Of a DNA stretch of 42,059 bases, positions 24,774-33,642 are shown in pieces. The notes below the pieces were generated by a model, which saw only the letters and a list, made by a program, of their open reading frames with translations, searched no databases and was not told where the DNA came from. The translations under genes and the position numbers were made by a program. Positions within the stretch are counted from its first letter, which is position 1. Each line of letters opens with the position of its first letter. Source of the stretch: an uncultured archaeon (GTDB lineage: Archaea; Aenigmatarchaeota; Aenigmatarchaeia; JACPZZ01); contig CAYZCD010000002.1 of assembly GCA_964476825.1 (NCBI GenBank), forward strand, positions 1 through 42,059, read 5' to 3'.

Positions 24774-25571
24774 CTAGTCAGTGGATGTCCAACCATTGAA
24801 CCAAACCTTTGATACATCGCTGTATTTTTGAAATTCGCACATCCACTTAGCCTCTTTCCCATTTTCTACGTAAACCAACGCAGAAGAAGGCAGTGTTGTC
24901 CAAACAGTTGGCGCATAACCTATAATATCAAACTGGTTTAGAAAGTCCTCGATTTCACTTTCCGAATATGATTGCTTAAAATCTACGATGACTTCGCCCG
25001 GGAGAATCCATTCAGGACTTTTTATGTCGATGCAATTACCATCTGGAAACTTCAGGGGTCTTAGTCTACTATCTTTCAAATCGATGGAAGGTAGTCTAAA
25101 TTTTTTGCCTTCGGAAGTGAATTCCAGACCAATCAGACCAGTCCCAATGCTCGTTTTTACACAATTGTTGCTCAAAACTGGATACCAGTTTCCTGATGTA
25201 AACGAATTGGGAGATATAATATTTTTACTAGTTCCGTTCCAGCCGCGGCATTCGCATATGGGAGGATACGCCTCCCAATTTCTAAACTTTGTTAGATGGT
25301 AAACTGTAAATGGAGCACAGTCCCCAAGCCTTTCATACCAGAATGTTTTATCGCTCCCGCTGTTGTTGAATTTTATTACAATCGGCTCTCCAAAATTATA
25401 TTCCAGTTTGTCAGTGCTTATGGGAAGCACGGTCTCGGATGCCGTCAAAAACTCCTTTTTCACAGTTTCGTCATTTTTCCCAAAAGTCGAAACCCAAAAC
25501 AACGTTACAACAATGATAGCAACTATGACAAATAATCCAACAAAAACATAATGTTTTCTTTTGAGCGTCAT
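24774..25571 (-). CDS. membrane-anchored extracellular protein, unknown function
   Basis: 265 aa. N-terminal anchor VFVGLFVIVAIIVVTLFWV. Cys-containing ectodomain. AT-rich. Confidence 0.55.
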   Translation of the reverse strand: MTLKRKHYVFVGLFVIVAIIVVTLFWVSTFGKNDETVKKEFLTASETVLPISTDKLEYNFGEPIVIKFNNSGSDKTFWYERLGDCAPFTVYHLTKFRNWEAYPPICECRGWNGTSKNIISPNSFTSGNWYPVLSNNCVKTSIGTGLIGLEFTSEGKKFRLPSIDLKDSRLRPLKFPDGNCIDIKSPEWILPGEVIVDFKQSYSESEIEDFLNQFDIIGYAPTVWTTLPSSALVYVENGKEAKWMCEFQKYSDVSKVWFNGWTSTD

Positions 25572-25842
25572 TAATTATTAATTCCGTCTCGGACGTATAA
25601 ATTAACTGATATTTAATTCGTGCATCTCTTGAATCAGCACGCAGATATTGTGACACAAAATTTTACACATTATCTCATTGACCTGCGCAGGAAAAAAGTT
25701 CCTCGAAACCTCTCTGTGTGACATGAAGATGATTGAATTTTTGTGCACCTAACCGACTATTTGTGAAGGAACGACTTTTAGGGCAAAGCCGGATCAGGGG
25801 AAACGTACATTAATCCAAACGTACAATTCTTAGCGGTCTTAC

Positions 25843-26193
25843 ATGGCAAAAAAATCTTATTTTGTGTACAAGGACAGCCTGACAGGAAAGATAAAGCGGA
25901 CCCTGGACGACCAAATTCCGCAAAAAATTTTGCTGGAAAAAATAAAAAACGTTAACGTGGAAAACCTGATAAAGGGCCCTGTAAGCGAGGCCAAAAAGCA
26001 GATGCTGACTTTTGTGACCACGGCATTTTCGCTTACCGCGGCGTTGTTCTGGAACGACGCGATCAAGGCCATGATAACCAATTACATACCCAAAGAGGGC
26101 GGCTGGCCTTACCTCATGCTGGCAGCTGTGATTGTAACAATAATAGCGGTCACTGTGACATGGTTAATTTCCACGACCATAGAAAAAAGATAA
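25843..26193 (+). CDS. small two-TM membrane protein
   Basis: 116 aa. Hydrophobic segments FVTTAFSLTAALFW and YLMLAAVIVTIIAVTVTWLI. Confidence 0.5.
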   Translation: MAKKSYFVYKDSLTGKIKRTLDDQIPQKILLEKIKNVNVENLIKGPVSEAKKQMLTFVTTAFSLTAALFWNDAIKAMITNYIPKEGGWPYLMLAAVIVTIIAVTVTWLISTTIEKR

Positions 26194-26213
26194 TTTCCAC
26201 TAAAAATAATAAA

Positions 26214-26642
26214 TTACGTGGCTGTGTGCACGCCAAGCATTTTCTCGATGTGTTTCAAGGGCCGAAGGATGAAAAGTATGACCGCTGCGGACAGTATCGC
26301 TATTTCATAGTCTCCCATGCCCACCAATACGCCGACCGCTGCGACGCTCCAAACATCCGCGGCTGTTGTGAGGCCGCGTTTCTCTCCGCGCTTTGATTGG
26401 AATATTATCCCGCCTCCGAGAAATCCTATGCCCGTGATTATGCCGGGCAGGACACGGGAAAAATCCGCGAAACTGCCGGAACTAAGGCTGATGATAGTGA
26501 AAAGACAAGCGCCCAGTGAAACCAGTGCCTGAGTCCTTGTTCCTGCCGGGCTGTTGCTCAAACTCCTTTCTAACCCGATTACAATTCCCAGAAAAGCGGA
26601 TAGCATGATCTTAATTACAACAGTGTAATCCATCATTACCAT
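26214..26642 (-). CDS. mgtC: MgtC/SapB family membrane protein
   Basis: GLERS...GTRT...GIITGIGFLGGGIIF pattern, and the length is typical of MgtC-family proteins. Confidence 0.75.
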   Translation of the reverse strand: MVMMDYTVVIKIMLSAFLGIVIGLERSLSNSPAGTRTQALVSLGACLFTIISLSSGSFADFSRVLPGIITGIGFLGGGIIFQSKRGEKRGLTTAADVWSVAAVGVLVGMGDYEIAILSAAVILFILRPLKHIEKMLGVHTAT

Positions 26643-26755
26643 AATTTATTTTGAATTTCTTCCGTTAAATATTCTCTGGCAGGCGGGCAATATCTTAAAT
26701 ATACTGCCGCACATCTGCTATTGACGAGCTTATATTGAACTTAATTTGTGATTGA

Positions 26756-27544
26756 ATGCCGAACGCTGAACTGTTTGCCCTGGGGGCCATAGCCGGTTTT
26801 ACCATTTACCTTGGGCTGCCATTGGCTTTCATGAATGCGACAGCGCGCATGAAAGGCATATTAAATTCCATGGCGGCCGGGATACTCATCTTCCTGCTTG
26901 TCGACATTATGCACGATGCGATGAATATTTCTGAAAAACCGATGCTCAATTTTTTAGGCGGGAGCGCCCAGCTTGCTGAAGGCTCGATACTTCCGGCAGT
27001 CCTGTTCGCGGGATTTTCCGCCGGGCTTTTGGGGTTGGTATGGTTTGAGGCCAAATACCTCTGGACGGTCAAAAACAAAAATATCGGCGAACGGCGCGCA
27101 AAGCGTTTAGCGATGATGATCGCGGCGGGCATAGGGCTGCACAATTTTTCCGAGGGGCTTGCGATAGGGCAGAGTTACAGCAGCGGCGCGATGAGCCTTG
27201 CGATAACACTGGCCGTCGGGTTTGGGTTGCATAACATGACCGAAGGGTTCGGGATCGCAGCGCCGCTAAGCGGTTTCAAGGTCAACAAAAGCTACATAAT
27301 CCTCCTCGGTTTAATCGGCGGTGGGCCAACTTTCCTAGGAGCGATTATCGGAAGTTTTTGGATTTCTCAGGCCGCGAGCGTGTTTTTCCTTTCTATGTCG
27401 GGCGGCGCGATCGTATATGTAATCAAAGAAATGCTTTACCACGGAAAAATCGCCGGGGAAGGGTTCAACAATATGTTCGCACTGGTAGCCGGATTCATGC
27501 TGGGGTTCCTGACTTTGGTTATGGTCCACTACGGAACAGGTTAA
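26756..27544 (+). CDS. ZIP-family divalent metal transporter
   Basis: Duplicated GLHNFSEGLAIG / GLHNMTEGFGIA motifs and about 8 TM segments. Confidence 0.8.
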   Translation: MPNAELFALGAIAGFTIYLGLPLAFMNATARMKGILNSMAAGILIFLLVDIMHDAMNISEKPMLNFLGGSAQLAEGSILPAVLFAGFSAGLLGLVWFEAKYLWTVKNKNIGERRAKRLAMMIAAGIGLHNFSEGLAIGQSYSSGAMSLAITLAVGFGLHNMTEGFGIAAPLSGFKVNKSYIILLGLIGGGPTFLGAIIGSFWISQAASVFFLSMSGGAIVYVIKEMLYHGKIAGEGFNNMFALVAGFMLGFLTLVMVHYGTG

Positions 27545-27546
27545 CG

Positions 27547-29403
27547 TCACATTTTTTCCAGCGCGTCGACGCCTATCAGGCCCAAACTTTTTCCAAGCAC
27601 ATTTGCGAAAGCGCGCACCAGATTCAGCCTGAACGTTTTCAAAGGCTCTTCTGCATGAAGCACCGGCGAGTCCTGGTAAAATTTGTTGAACAGCGAACAA
27701 AGATTAAAAGCGTAGCGGCAAATTTCCTGCGGCGACAAAGTTTCCACGGACTTTTCAACGATGACGGGAAAGTTCATAAGGTTTTTTATTATCTCGGATT
27801 CCGTGTCCGTTATTGATCCGGCCGGTTTTAACTTCGGGATTTTGCCGGCCTTTTCCAGTATTTTCAACGACCTTGCATATGCGTATTGCAGGTAAGGCGC
27901 TGTATTCCCGTCGAGGCGCAAAGATTCTTCCGTATCAAAAGTTATCGTGTTTTCGCGGTCTATCTTGACCATTTCGTATCTTAGTGCGGAGCGGGCTATT
28001 TTTCGGGCGGTCTCAATCAACCATTTTTCCGGGGCGCCGCCGTTGCGCTTTTTGGTTTCCTCGTAGGCTTTTTTTTCCAGAATGTTTAACACGTCATCCA
28101 CGTTTATGAAAAGCCCCTTGCGCCCGGACATGTTTATCGCCGCATCGGCGTCAAATCCGAGCTGCTGCGCCGCGTTTTTGCTCAATGTGACGACGCCGTA
28201 ATCGTAATGGTTGTAATCCACTTTTTTACCTGCGAGCATTTCGAGCGCCGCAGCTACAACATCCTGCGCGTATGACTGGCGCACGTCGACTATTGCTATG
28301 GTTTTTTCTGCGTTGCCGAATTTTTTGGCAGGTTTGCCTTTGCCTGAAGTCATCCATGTCCTGCTGCCTTTTGAAAATAATTTGTAGTTGAATTTGTCCC
28401 TGACCATCCCGTGTTTCCACATTGCATAAGCGATGTCCTTGCCCGTGTATAACACTGTACCGTCGGAACGCGAGAGTATTTTATCACCGCTTTCCAGTTT
28501 CGAGAATTCCGGCCTGTCCGATAATTTTAACAGCCAGCAGCCTTTGTTTTTTCCGTCGGCTGCATTGTAAACTAAACCCGCATTTTTCAACGCTTCGAAA
28601 GCCTCATCCCACATATTGGAGCGCAATACTGCCGTCTCCGAAACTAAAAGGTCAAAACTTATCCCCATGCGCGCTAAAGTTTCAAGCTGGGCGCGCAATA
28701 TTTTTTCAACAACACTATCCGCAATTTCCGATGTGGCATTGTTGCCTTTTTCTATCTCGCGTATTATTTCCCCGCGCTTCAATTGCAGCTCTGGGCTTGT
28801 CTCATAAATTTTGTTGACACGCACGTAAACCTCGTTCCCGCAGTATTGGTCGAATTTCAATTTTGTTTCCACGGGTATGTTTAGGAATTTAAAACCTACC
28901 ATAATATCCGCAAGCTGCGAACCGCTGTCGTCTATGTAATTTATTTCCTGTACGCGGTGGCCGGCGAATTTTAACATCCTCACAAGCGCGTCGCCTAGGC
29001 ACGAATTTCTTATGTGGCCCACATGAAGCGCCTTGTTGGGATTCACGGACGTGTGCTCTACTATGACGTTTTTGCCCTTTCGCGCAGTTTTGCCGTAATT
29101 TTTTCCCGCGGTTTCTTTGATTACCTCATTAGCAAGTTTAGCCCTGTTAAAGAAGAAATTTATGTAGCCCGCCCTTGCTTCTATGCGCTCTATTATGGAA
29201 TTTTCCGGAATTTTGACTGAAGCGGCCATTTGTTCCGCGATCTTCACCGGGGACATTTTACGCTCACGGGCAAGGTTAAAGCATATGGTAGAGGCTATAT
29301 CCCCAAAGGAAGGGTCGCGCGGCGCCTCAAGCGTGCTTTCTATGTTTTCCAGTTGGATCAGTTTTCGTATCTCGGAGTAAATTTTGAGCATGCTCAGCCT
29401 CAC
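27547..29403 (-). CDS. argS: arginyl-tRNA synthetase
   Basis: HTSVNPNKALHVGHIRNSCLGDAL (HIGH region) and MSGRKG. The DALR-type C-terminal domain ends in Met, as ArgRS typically does. Confidence 0.9.
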   Translation of the reverse strand: MRLSMLKIYSEIRKLIQLENIESTLEAPRDPSFGDIASTICFNLARERKMSPVKIAEQMAASVKIPENSIIERIEARAGYINFFFNRAKLANEVIKETAGKNYGKTARKGKNVIVEHTSVNPNKALHVGHIRNSCLGDALVRMLKFAGHRVQEINYIDDSGSQLADIMVGFKFLNIPVETKLKFDQYCGNEVYVRVNKIYETSPELQLKRGEIIREIEKGNNATSEIADSVVEKILRAQLETLARMGISFDLLVSETAVLRSNMWDEAFEALKNAGLVYNAADGKNKGCWLLKLSDRPEFSKLESGDKILSRSDGTVLYTGKDIAYAMWKHGMVRDKFNYKLFSKGSRTWMTSGKGKPAKKFGNAEKTIAIVDVRQSYAQDVVAAALEMLAGKKVDYNHYDYGVVTLSKNAAQQLGFDADAAINMSGRKGLFINVDDVLNILEKKAYEETKKRNGGAPEKWLIETARKIARSALRYEMVKIDRENTITFDTEESLRLDGNTAPYLQYAYARSLKILEKAGKIPKLKPAGSITDTESEIIKNLMNFPVIVEKSVETLSPQEICRYAFNLCSLFNKFYQDSPVLHAEEPLKTFRLNLVRAFANVLGKSLGLIGVDALEKM

Positions 29404-29455
29404 TAGAGTAAATTAACTGTGTTGACTGTTAAATTTAGCTTTAGAATGAGTTAAG

Positions 29456-29881
29456 CTATTTCGGGAACTTGCGCCCGCGTATAACTTCGTTCCTTTCCAC
29501 TTCTTTTATGCCGAAAGCGCTTGACAAAAACGCGATCGCCTTGTCAGAATCGAAGTGGTTGCACGAATAAACGTCGGCTGTTAAATACCCTTTCTCCGGG
29601 TAGGTGTGTATGCTTATGTGGGATTCGGCGATCATTACGAAACCGCTGACACCCCAATCTTCGGGTTTTTTGTCCCCGTCATAAGGTATCACGTAAGGCG
29701 TTGTTATTTTTTTCATGCCTATAACTGCAGGAAGCTTATCCAGAACTCTGAAAACAGTTGCTACATCGCCCAACCTAGCACTGTCACAGCCGTAGCCGTC
29801 AAGCGTCAAATGCAAACCGTAAGCGCTTTGCACCGCCAGCTTTGAGGTTTTCCCAACGAGTGGAACATTTTTTTGATTCAT
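29456..29881 (-). CDS. pyruvoyl-dependent S-adenosylmethionine decarboxylase proenzyme (SpeH type)
   Basis: The self-cleavage context AESHISIHTYPE and the roughly 140-aa size fit. A paralogous arginine decarboxylase cannot be excluded. Confidence 0.8.
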   Translation of the reverse strand: MNQKNVPLVGKTSKLAVQSAYGLHLTLDGYGCDSARLGDVATVFRVLDKLPAVIGMKKITTPYVIPYDGDKKPEDWGVSGFVMIAESHISIHTYPEKGYLTADVYSCNHFDSDKAIAFLSSAFGIKEVERNEVIRGRKFPK

Positions 29882-29954
29882 TTTCTTTTCTGCTCTACCA
29901 ATTATGTAATACTAATTTAAATATTATTATTGCGTCGCTTCCTTTTAAGTTTTT

Positions 29955-30941
29955 TTATTTCACAAACTCGGCGCTGAGAGTTTTTTGAGGCTCCAGATTA
30001 ACGTCCAGTTTGTCCAGCAACTCGCAAACTTTACACACACTGCCGGAACAGGGCTCGCCGCAGGTTTCGCATTCACTTATCTCCGGCAGTCCGCTTCTTG
30101 CAGAGGTCTCGCGTAGAACGGGCAGCATGGCGTCAAATGTGCGCAGGAAAGAGAATTTTGTGCCGGAATGTTTTGCTTCAACGTCATTTAGGAAATCGCG
30201 GACTTCGAAACGGATCCCAGACACGTACGGGCACTCTCCCCAGTAATTGCCGGCTTTTGTTATCAGAGCGTACAAAGCGACCTCTTTTTCCGGGATGTCG
30301 CGCAGCGGCTTGATACGCGGGACGAATTTGTCGTTTTTTACCATCGCAGGGTTCGGTCCCATGCGCGCGAGCCGTTTCAAATCCCCTTTAAGATAGTTTA
30401 TCAAAACCGCCTGCGCCTCGTCGTCCATGTTGTGGCCTGTGCAGACTTTTGTTGCGCCAAGTTCGCGAGAGGCGCGGTTGAGCAGGTAACGGCGGAAAAC
30501 CCCGCAAAAAGTGCAGGAGTTGAGGTTTTTCGTCCCGTTTGCGCGGGCGGCCATCACGTCGTCGATGCTTTTTCCTAGGTTATTTTTAAAACCAACTATG
30601 TAATGGTCGACGCCCAGCCTTTTCGTCAATTCCTTGGTCACTTCCAGGCTCTTGTCGCGGTAATGTTCGATGCCTTCGTCAATGCTAACCGCGATGATCT
30701 TGATGTCGGGCCTTTCGCCGAATATTTTTTTCATCAAAGCCAAAGACACGGAAGAATCCTTACCCCCGCTTAAACCGACAACTATGACGTCATTTTTTCC
30801 AACCAGGCTGTGTTCCCTGATAGTCCGTTTGACGCGCTTTTCAAACTGTTCTTTAAAACAGGGCGCGCAATAAGATTTGCCTTCATACTTGCGGGTGTAA
30901 ATCGCTTTTGCGCCGCAGGAGCAGTTAACCACCGGAAACAA
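29955..30941 (-). CDS. PP-loop tRNA 2-thiolation protein (TtuA/NcsA family)
   Basis: PP-loop SGGKDS. CxxC pairs at the N-terminus (CSCG..CAPC) and C-terminus (CETCGEPC..CKVC). A central CTFC is also present. Confidence 0.8.
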   Translation of the reverse strand: MFPVVNCSCGAKAIYTRKYEGKSYCAPCFKEQFEKRVKRTIREHSLVGKNDVIVVGLSGGKDSSVSLALMKKIFGERPDIKIIAVSIDEGIEHYRDKSLEVTKELTKRLGVDHYIVGFKNNLGKSIDDVMAARANGTKNLNSCTFCGVFRRYLLNRASRELGATKVCTGHNMDDEAQAVLINYLKGDLKRLARMGPNPAMVKNDKFVPRIKPLRDIPEKEVALYALITKAGNYWGECPYVSGIRFEVRDFLNDVEAKHSGTKFSFLRTFDAMLPVLRETSARSGLPEISECETCGEPCSGSVCKVCELLDKLDVNLEPQKTLSAEFVK

Positions 30942-31122
30942 CCTTCAGAATTTCAACATAATCGTTTTCTTTTATCTGCGAGTCGTCGGGCACTATTTCG
31001 TTGTTTACGGAAACTAAAACAATCTCGGGGTTTATTTTCAACTCTTTTAATATTTCCAAGACTGTTTTCGAGCTTGTTTCCATCTCTTTGGCATCTTCCA
31101 ACCAGGCGATCTTGATCTTCAT
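30925..31122 (-). CDS. ThiS/MoaD/SAMP-type ubiquitin-like sulfur carrier
   Basis: 65 aa from MKIKIAW to a C-terminal VVSGG diglycine. Overlaps the thiolase start by 17 nt. The longer track ORF to 31386 runs antisense through tRNA-Ser and is rejected. Confidence 0.75.
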   Translation of the reverse strand: MKIKIAWLEDAKEMETSSKTVLEILKELKINPEIVLVSVNNEIVPDDSQIKENDYVEILKVVSGG

Positions 31123-31178
31123 GGCGTCACTAATAAGATAAACAGATTTAAATAAAACTACGGGCAAGGTTAACGAAA

Positions 31179-31278
31179 GCCGAGGTCGCATAATCTGGTG
31201 GTGCACTGGTCTCGAATTTAGATGGAACAGAAAACCAGCGGGCGCAAGCCTATAAGGGTTCAAATCCCTTCCTCGGCG
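31179..31278 (+). tRNA. tRNA-Ser (anticodon CGA) with 16-nt intron
   Basis: Acceptor GCCGAGG/CCTCGGC, anticodon stem CTGGT/ACCAG, loop CTCGAA|intron 31217-31232|A. Long variable arm CGGGCGCAAGCCTAT. T arm AAGGG-TTCAAAT-CCCTT, discriminator G. TATA-like ATTTAAATAAAA at -33 to -22. Confidence 0.75.
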
Positions 31279-31291
31279 TTTAACTTTTTTA

Positions 31292-32818
31292 TTATTTTTC
31301 GTAGAATCTCGGGCCAATTGCTGTGTATTTGCCCAGCTCCTTGTCCAAATCTTGCATGCTGGAAACCCCCTTTGCCACCCGGCCAAGAAAAACGCGGCCT
31401 TGGGCCGACGAGTCGCGTATTAATTTCAAAACGTCCCTGTAAACACTCCCGCGATTCATTCCATACTCCGCTATCGTTTTCATTACACCGTAAAAATTTC
31501 TTATCGCGGTTTCATCCCCGGCCAACGCATTGCGCGCGGCTACCATTCCGTCCTCGAATGCTTTTGCTTTGCCGACTACTGCAACCATTCCGGGATCTTC
31601 CTTGTAAAGGTCCGCGGCGGCTTCTACCGCTTTTGAATAACCCGTTGGCCGTGTTTGGCCTTCCGGCTCATCAAGTTCGCCGGTGTCAACATAGTCTGAC
31701 AGTACTTCCGTGATTTTTTTCCTGTCAGACCCTGACCGGTTCAGCGATTTCTGAAATTCGACGACATCTGCGACGTCGCCGCAGTGAATTTTATCAAGCG
31801 CTTTGTAGAAAACCTGCGGAAGCGTGTCGAACGTAATCCCATTCTTAACTATGCGGATAAAATCGTCGGCCAGCGCTCTTCTTTGCGCGGCCGCAGGAAT
31901 TGCGGTTTCTGAATCAACATCAAGCACGCGCATCAAATATGATACCGCCGGTTCGGCCATGCCCGTCGGGAGCGTTTTCGTCGAATCCTTCAAACGGCTT
32001 AGATAATACGCGGCGTTTTTCACTGCCGGTATTGCGGGCACAATTCTTGCTGGCTTATGCTGTGGTAATCTTGGAGAAGGCGCTACAACAGGTTCGCGCG
32101 ATTCTCGTTTTCGATGAGCCGGCTGCGGAACAGTATTAGTTTGGACTTGCATCGCGGGCGGGTTCCCATGGTTTGTTGGTGGAAAACCCGATCTTAATCT
32201 TTGCAATTCCTCGGCCAAAAAGTTTGTAAGGTATGCATCGTTTCCGGCTTTGATTAATTTTTCTACGCTAACTACAAATCTTTCAAAATCAGACAGGTGT
32301 TCCGCATTATAACCCGAATTTCCGGCCGGAGCTGCTCCAAGTATTTTGACCCCAAGCGAGCGTACCGTTTCCTGTATTCCCGCAGGCAGGTTTCTGATTG
32401 AAGAGTCCAAAAGGTTTGCGTAAGCCACGTCAGCCGGAAGTTTCGTTTCTGTGCGCGTTGTTTGCGCGGGTTTCCTATCTGCATCGGTTGTTGATGGAAC
32501 TCTTCCTGTGTCGGCTTGGGGCTTGTGAGAAACCGACCACTTCACCCACGAATCTTCCCATCCACCGCTATCATTTTCTCCGTTGTTTTGTTCGATCAGA
32601 AGTGAAATTATTTCCGGCGGTAAACTGCCGCTCACCGGGTGTTCGCTGTTTTGTCCTGCCGGTTCCGTCGAAACAACCACATCAGAATTATTCCCATCGT
32701 CTAACGCCTCGCCGACCTGTTCAAGAAAACGACGCACTGCGGGGTGCAATCTGGCCTGTGCAACGTGGGCCGCGGTAAAAAGTTCCTTTTCCAGACCTCC
32801 CACACCCGGCTTGGACAT
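31292..32818 (-). CDS. hypothetical protein (GC-richer island gene 2)
   Basis: 508-aa ORF with no recognisable motif. Low-complexity Pro/Thr/Gln-rich middle region. Composition differs from the surrounding genes. Confidence 0.5.
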   Translation of the reverse strand: MSKPGVGGLEKELFTAAHVAQARLHPAVRRFLEQVGEALDDGNNSDVVVSTEPAGQNSEHPVSGSLPPEIISLLIEQNNGENDSGGWEDSWVKWSVSHKPQADTGRVPSTTDADRKPAQTTRTETKLPADVAYANLLDSSIRNLPAGIQETVRSLGVKILGAAPAGNSGYNAEHLSDFERFVVSVEKLIKAGNDAYLTNFLAEELQRLRSGFPPTNHGNPPAMQVQTNTVPQPAHRKRESREPVVAPSPRLPQHKPARIVPAIPAVKNAAYYLSRLKDSTKTLPTGMAEPAVSYLMRVLDVDSETAIPAAAQRRALADDFIRIVKNGITFDTLPQVFYKALDKIHCGDVADVVEFQKSLNRSGSDRKKITEVLSDYVDTGELDEPEGQTRPTGYSKAVEAAADLYKEDPGMVAVVGKAKAFEDGMVAARNALAGDETAIRNFYGVMKTIAEYGMNRGSVYRDVLKLIRDSSAQGRVFLGRVAKGVSSMQDLDKELGKYTAIGPRFYEK

Positions 32819-32852
32819 GCTTGTTTTTGGTTTGCAAATCTTTTATGCCCGA

Positions 32853-33575
32853 TCATGCGGCTTTTCCGGCTATCGACGAGTCATAATGCAACACGTGTAT
32901 ATTGCCAGGTTTCCAATCGTCGGTTTTTTCCACAATTATTTTTCCGCGCCCGCCGACGGCACGATAACCCGGCATTGTTATGTGGCCGGACTTAAACTGG
33001 GATAACATAGTCCTAACTCTTCCTGTAGCGTACCCGTGCAATCCCGGATAAATATCTGTGTAATCCAACTCTCCTTTTCCCTCCATTCCTGCGAGGTATG
33101 AACCTAAGGCTGATCTTAAATCTTCCGAGTGGTTCACAGGCCGACGATTATTTCTCAAATCTTCCAGATGTTTCCTCCCGTCGTCCGTCACTTCAAGCTT
33201 GCCCGGCTGGCTGGATATGTATCCGTGATTTCTTGCGCTGGCGATGACTGCGTACAATTGTTGCACGGTTCCGCCGACATAAACAACCACGTCCTTGTTT
33301 TCCGAATTTGGATGCTGCGAAACATAATACAGAAACCTGTCAATTTTTGACCCCGGCTTCCAGCCGTTTGAATTGGCGGAACCGTCGGCTGTCGCCAGTA
33401 TTTTATCTGTTCCGCCAGGAGATTCGCGCGCGCGAATCATCCCTTCAACCTGTTCGATGTGCTTATGCACGGCCCACGGGATAGACGCTGTGGGATCCTT
33501 TTCCATGGCACCGTACAATTCGTCCAACGAGGCCCTGAGGCTTTTGATGGTCTGGTCGGAAGGTGTGTTTACCAT
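32853..33575 (-). CDS. hypothetical protein, possibly with winged-helix segments (GC-richer island gene 1)
   Basis: 240-aa ORF. Segment LYAVIASARNHGYISSQPGKLEVTDDGRKHLEDL resembles a wHTH recognition helix plus wing, judged by eye only. Confidence 0.45.
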   Translation of the reverse strand: MVNTPSDQTIKSLRASLDELYGAMEKDPTASIPWAVHKHIEQVEGMIRARESPGGTDKILATADGSANSNGWKPGSKIDRFLYYVSQHPNSENKDVVVYVGGTVQQLYAVIASARNHGYISSQPGKLEVTDDGRKHLEDLRNNRRPVNHSEDLRSALGSYLAGMEGKGELDYTDIYPGLHGYATGRVRTMLSQFKSGHITMPGYRAVGGRGKIIVEKTDDWKPGNIHVLHYDSSIAGKAA

Positions 33576-33602
33576 GATAAAAATTGATACCGAAAAGATT
33601 AA

Positions 33603-33623
33603 AAACCGAAAACGACGCGGTTT
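33603..33623 (-). terminator. hairpin plus T-run after the isomerase-like gene
   Basis: The minus strand reads AAACCG-CGTCGTTTT-CGGTTT followed by TT, beginning 20 nt after the stop at 33643. Confidence 0.35.
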
Positions 33624-33642
33624 GCGGGTTTTCCAGATTAAT

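Noticed and set aside
30925-31386. 153-aa version of the ThiS-like ORF.
   Set aside because: The N-terminal 88 codons are antisense to tRNA-Ser and its promoter. The ATG at 31122 gives a normal 65-aa beta-grasp-sized protein ending in GG.
33576-33642. Searched the far border of the GC-richer island and the spacer after ORF 3297-3920 for direct repeats of the adjacent tRNA 3' ends (att sites).
   Set aside because: No match of 8 nt or longer to the tRNA-Ser or tRNA-Thr 3' ends was found by eye. The integration hypothesis therefore rests on composition and position only.
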